UHGV virus genome: UHGV-0223000
Length of the DNA: 5,109 nt
Source: a virus
Direction: 5' to 3' (one strand)
Shown here: piece by piece, positions 4,980 through 5,109 of the stretch
Layout of the letters: the number at the start of each line of letters is the position of its first letter
How positions within the stretch are numbered: position 1 is the first letter of the stretch
The notes under the pieces: model-generated
The model's input: only the letters and a program-made list of their open reading frames with translations
Database searches by the model: none
What the model was told of the DNA's origin: nothing
Made by a program: the position numbers and the translations under genes

Positions 4980-5109
4980 TTTGTACGTTTTCGCTTTCAA
5001 AATCTTTTATTTTTAAGTCACCCCAAAAATCATTATCAATAAAAGTAGGGGAAACAACAGAGTCCGAAGATATATCATCATCTGTGTGTAAAATAGTGTC
5101 AATATTGTT
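4969..5109 (-). CDS. C-terminal 46 aa of the Zot/pI-like ATPase (wraps the circular junction)
   Basis: Reading on from position 1 to 5109 in the same frame gives NNIDTILHTDDDISSDSVVSPTFIDNDFWGDLKIKDFESENVQNEK*, with TGA at 4971-4969 overlapping the Rep ATG at 4979 (ATGAAAAATGA). Confidence 0.78.
   Translation of the reverse strand, partial: NNIDTILHTDDDISSDSVVSPTFIDNDFWGDLKIKDFESENVQNEK

Larger units (their letters stand above)
1..5109 (-). mobile_element. Complete circular filamentous phage (inovirus-like) genome, probably temperate, monoderm host
   Basis: Rolling-circle HUH Rep, Zot/pI-like ATPase, short single-TM coat-like proteins, a large pIII-like protein followed by a pVI-like protein, all co-oriented. 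The ATPase reading frame continues in frame from position 1 into position 5109. No secretin (pIV) or integrase gene is present. Confidence 0.92.

Noticed and set aside
1..5109. CRISPR array, tRNA/rRNA, integrase, reverse transcriptase/DGR or invertase-shufflon system
   Set aside because: No regularly spaced repeats, RNA gene folds or such enzyme ORFs were seen. The two dispersed repeats are too short, and there is no RT gene for a DGR.

Overview
The window appears to be a complete, circular, AT-rich ~5.1 kb filamentous phage (inovirus-like) genome from a low-GC monoderm (Bacillota-like) host, using the standard bacterial code (TGA = stop). All genes except one are on the minus strand. Their order is: HUH rolling-circle Rep (pMV158/Rep_2 type) | divergent XRE repressor | small putative ssDNA-binding protein, major coat protein, terminator, 57-aa ORF, 37-aa hydrophobic ORF, 110-aa membrane protein, 559-aa pIII-like adhesion protein, pVI-like protein, hairpin-rich intergenic region, and a Zot/pI-like ATPase with an N-terminal membrane anchor. 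The ORF track missed the ATPase because it crosses the window ends, and it also missed three small ORFs. Notable non-coding signals are a pMV158-type double-strand origin hairpin inside the ATPase gene, three ACATT-N6-AATGT operators over a divergent promoter region, and a 28-bp dif-like site followed by a terminator-like hairpin inside the repressor's 3' end. The last arrangement suggests an integrase-less, Xer-dependent integration that could rewrite the repressor C-terminus. All functional calls come from reading motifs and gene order; no database searches were run.
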